A DNA stretch of 64,000 nt from Eledone cirrhosa. Taxonomy: Eukaryota. The translations under genes were made by a program, and so were the position numbers. The DNA lies in contig CAXHJY010000804.1 of assembly GCA_964016885.1 (NCBI GenBank), forward strand, positions 17,337-81,336, in the 5' to 3' direction. Shown here piece by piece: positions 62,812-64,000 of the stretch (the stretch's first letter is position 1; each line of letters begins with the position of its first letter). A model generated the notes under the pieces. It had not been told where the DNA came from. It was given only the letters and a program-made list of their open reading frames with translations, and did no database searches.

Positions 62812-63207
62812 TATATATATATATATATGTGTATATATATATATATTGTTATACATATACATAATATATATGCACACACACATACAGACACACACATATA
62901 TATATTATTATATATTATCGTTATTATATTTATGTCAACTTATTATTATTATCATTATTATTATTATTATTATTATTACAATTACTGGTATTGTTGTCGT
63001 TGTTGATGGTTTTTGTTGGTGATGTTATTGTTGTGGTTGATGTTGTTGTTATTGGTGTCATTGTTATTGTTGTTGTTGTTATTCAGAAATTATGATTGAT
63101 TCTATAGTTTCATGTGTTATTTTTTTGTTTGTCAAAATTGTTTTCTGGAAACACACACTTCTTCAGCACCGCCATTACCAACAACACCGCCACCACCACA
63201 ACGCCGT

Positions 63208-63251
<44 letters not shown>

Positions 63252-63759
63252 TAATAATAATAATAATAATAATGGAGAAGAAGAAGAGTAAGAAGAAGAA
63301 AAGAATTTATTTATTGATGTATAAAGAAATATAATAATGATATAATAATGATAATATAATATATATGTACAACTTTAATAATAACAACAGCAATAACAAC
63401 AACAACAACGACGACAACGAGAGAAGAAGAAAAAGATGAAGCAAAAAGAGAATAAAAATAAAACAAAAATGATAACCGTGAAAACCAACGAAAACCAAAA
63501 TAAAGCGAAACAGTGTGTGTATATATGTATATATGTATTTGTGTGTATATGTGTGCATATAAGTATATATCTGTGAGTATATTTACATATATATATATAT
63601 ATATTATATATATATATACATATAACTAACAACTAGTTATCGCTCTACATGGCTGAATACAATAAACACACACACGCACATATATATATATATTATTTAT
63701 ATATATATATACATATATATACATATATATATATACATATATATAAATATATATATATA

Positions 63760-63796
<37 letters not shown>

Positions 63797-63807
63797 TACA
63801 TATATAA

Positions 63808-64000
63808 AAGGAACGATCGACATTCGTCAAATCGGACCGAGGAAACAATGTTTCCATTGGTCTTTCCAATTGCTAATACTATCTATCGGTCGCAACTCTA
63901 GGTAGAAGGAGCAACGTGAAATAAAGTGTCTTGCTCAAGGACATAACGCATCGCCCGGTCCGAGAATCGAACTCACAACCTCACGATTGAGAATCCAATT
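63808..64000 (-). mobile_element. SINE family 2 copy (head runs off the window)
   Basis: Near-identical to 7640-7835. Confidence 0.85.

Overview
AT-rich eukaryotic DNA saturated with microsatellites ((TA)n, (CA)n, (GA)n, (GATA)n, trinucleotides). The SINE types and repeat landscape suggest an octopus or other coleoid cephalopod (inference). The only recognisable host coding sequence is a 194-nt minus-strand exon (29409-29602) encoding residues 1-46 of a SHOX homeodomain, so much of the window is probably intronic or flanking Shox sequence. Mobile DNA includes a young 5'-truncated CR1-group LINE in (TA)n, a Tx1/L1-clade LINE in (GATA)n, two tRNA-derived SINE families, a decayed Penelope-like GIY-YIG remnant and several minisatellites. 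The most striking signal is more than 20 short non-coding inserts from at least 6 unrelated families. They sit inside (TA)n arrays and mostly form fold-back palindromes. They carry type I hammerhead ribozymes (about 11 with an intact CTGAnGA/GAAA/TH core and about 7 with core substitutions, folded by hand), and many share a (T/C)nGAGT(A/G)C motif about 35-75 nt from the 3' end. This looks like a (TA)n-targeted system of Penelope-like pLTR mini-elements whose geometry may silence their own ribozymes. Nearly all ORF-track entries are microsatellite artefacts. Folds and alignments were done by eye, and repeat boundaries are approximate.
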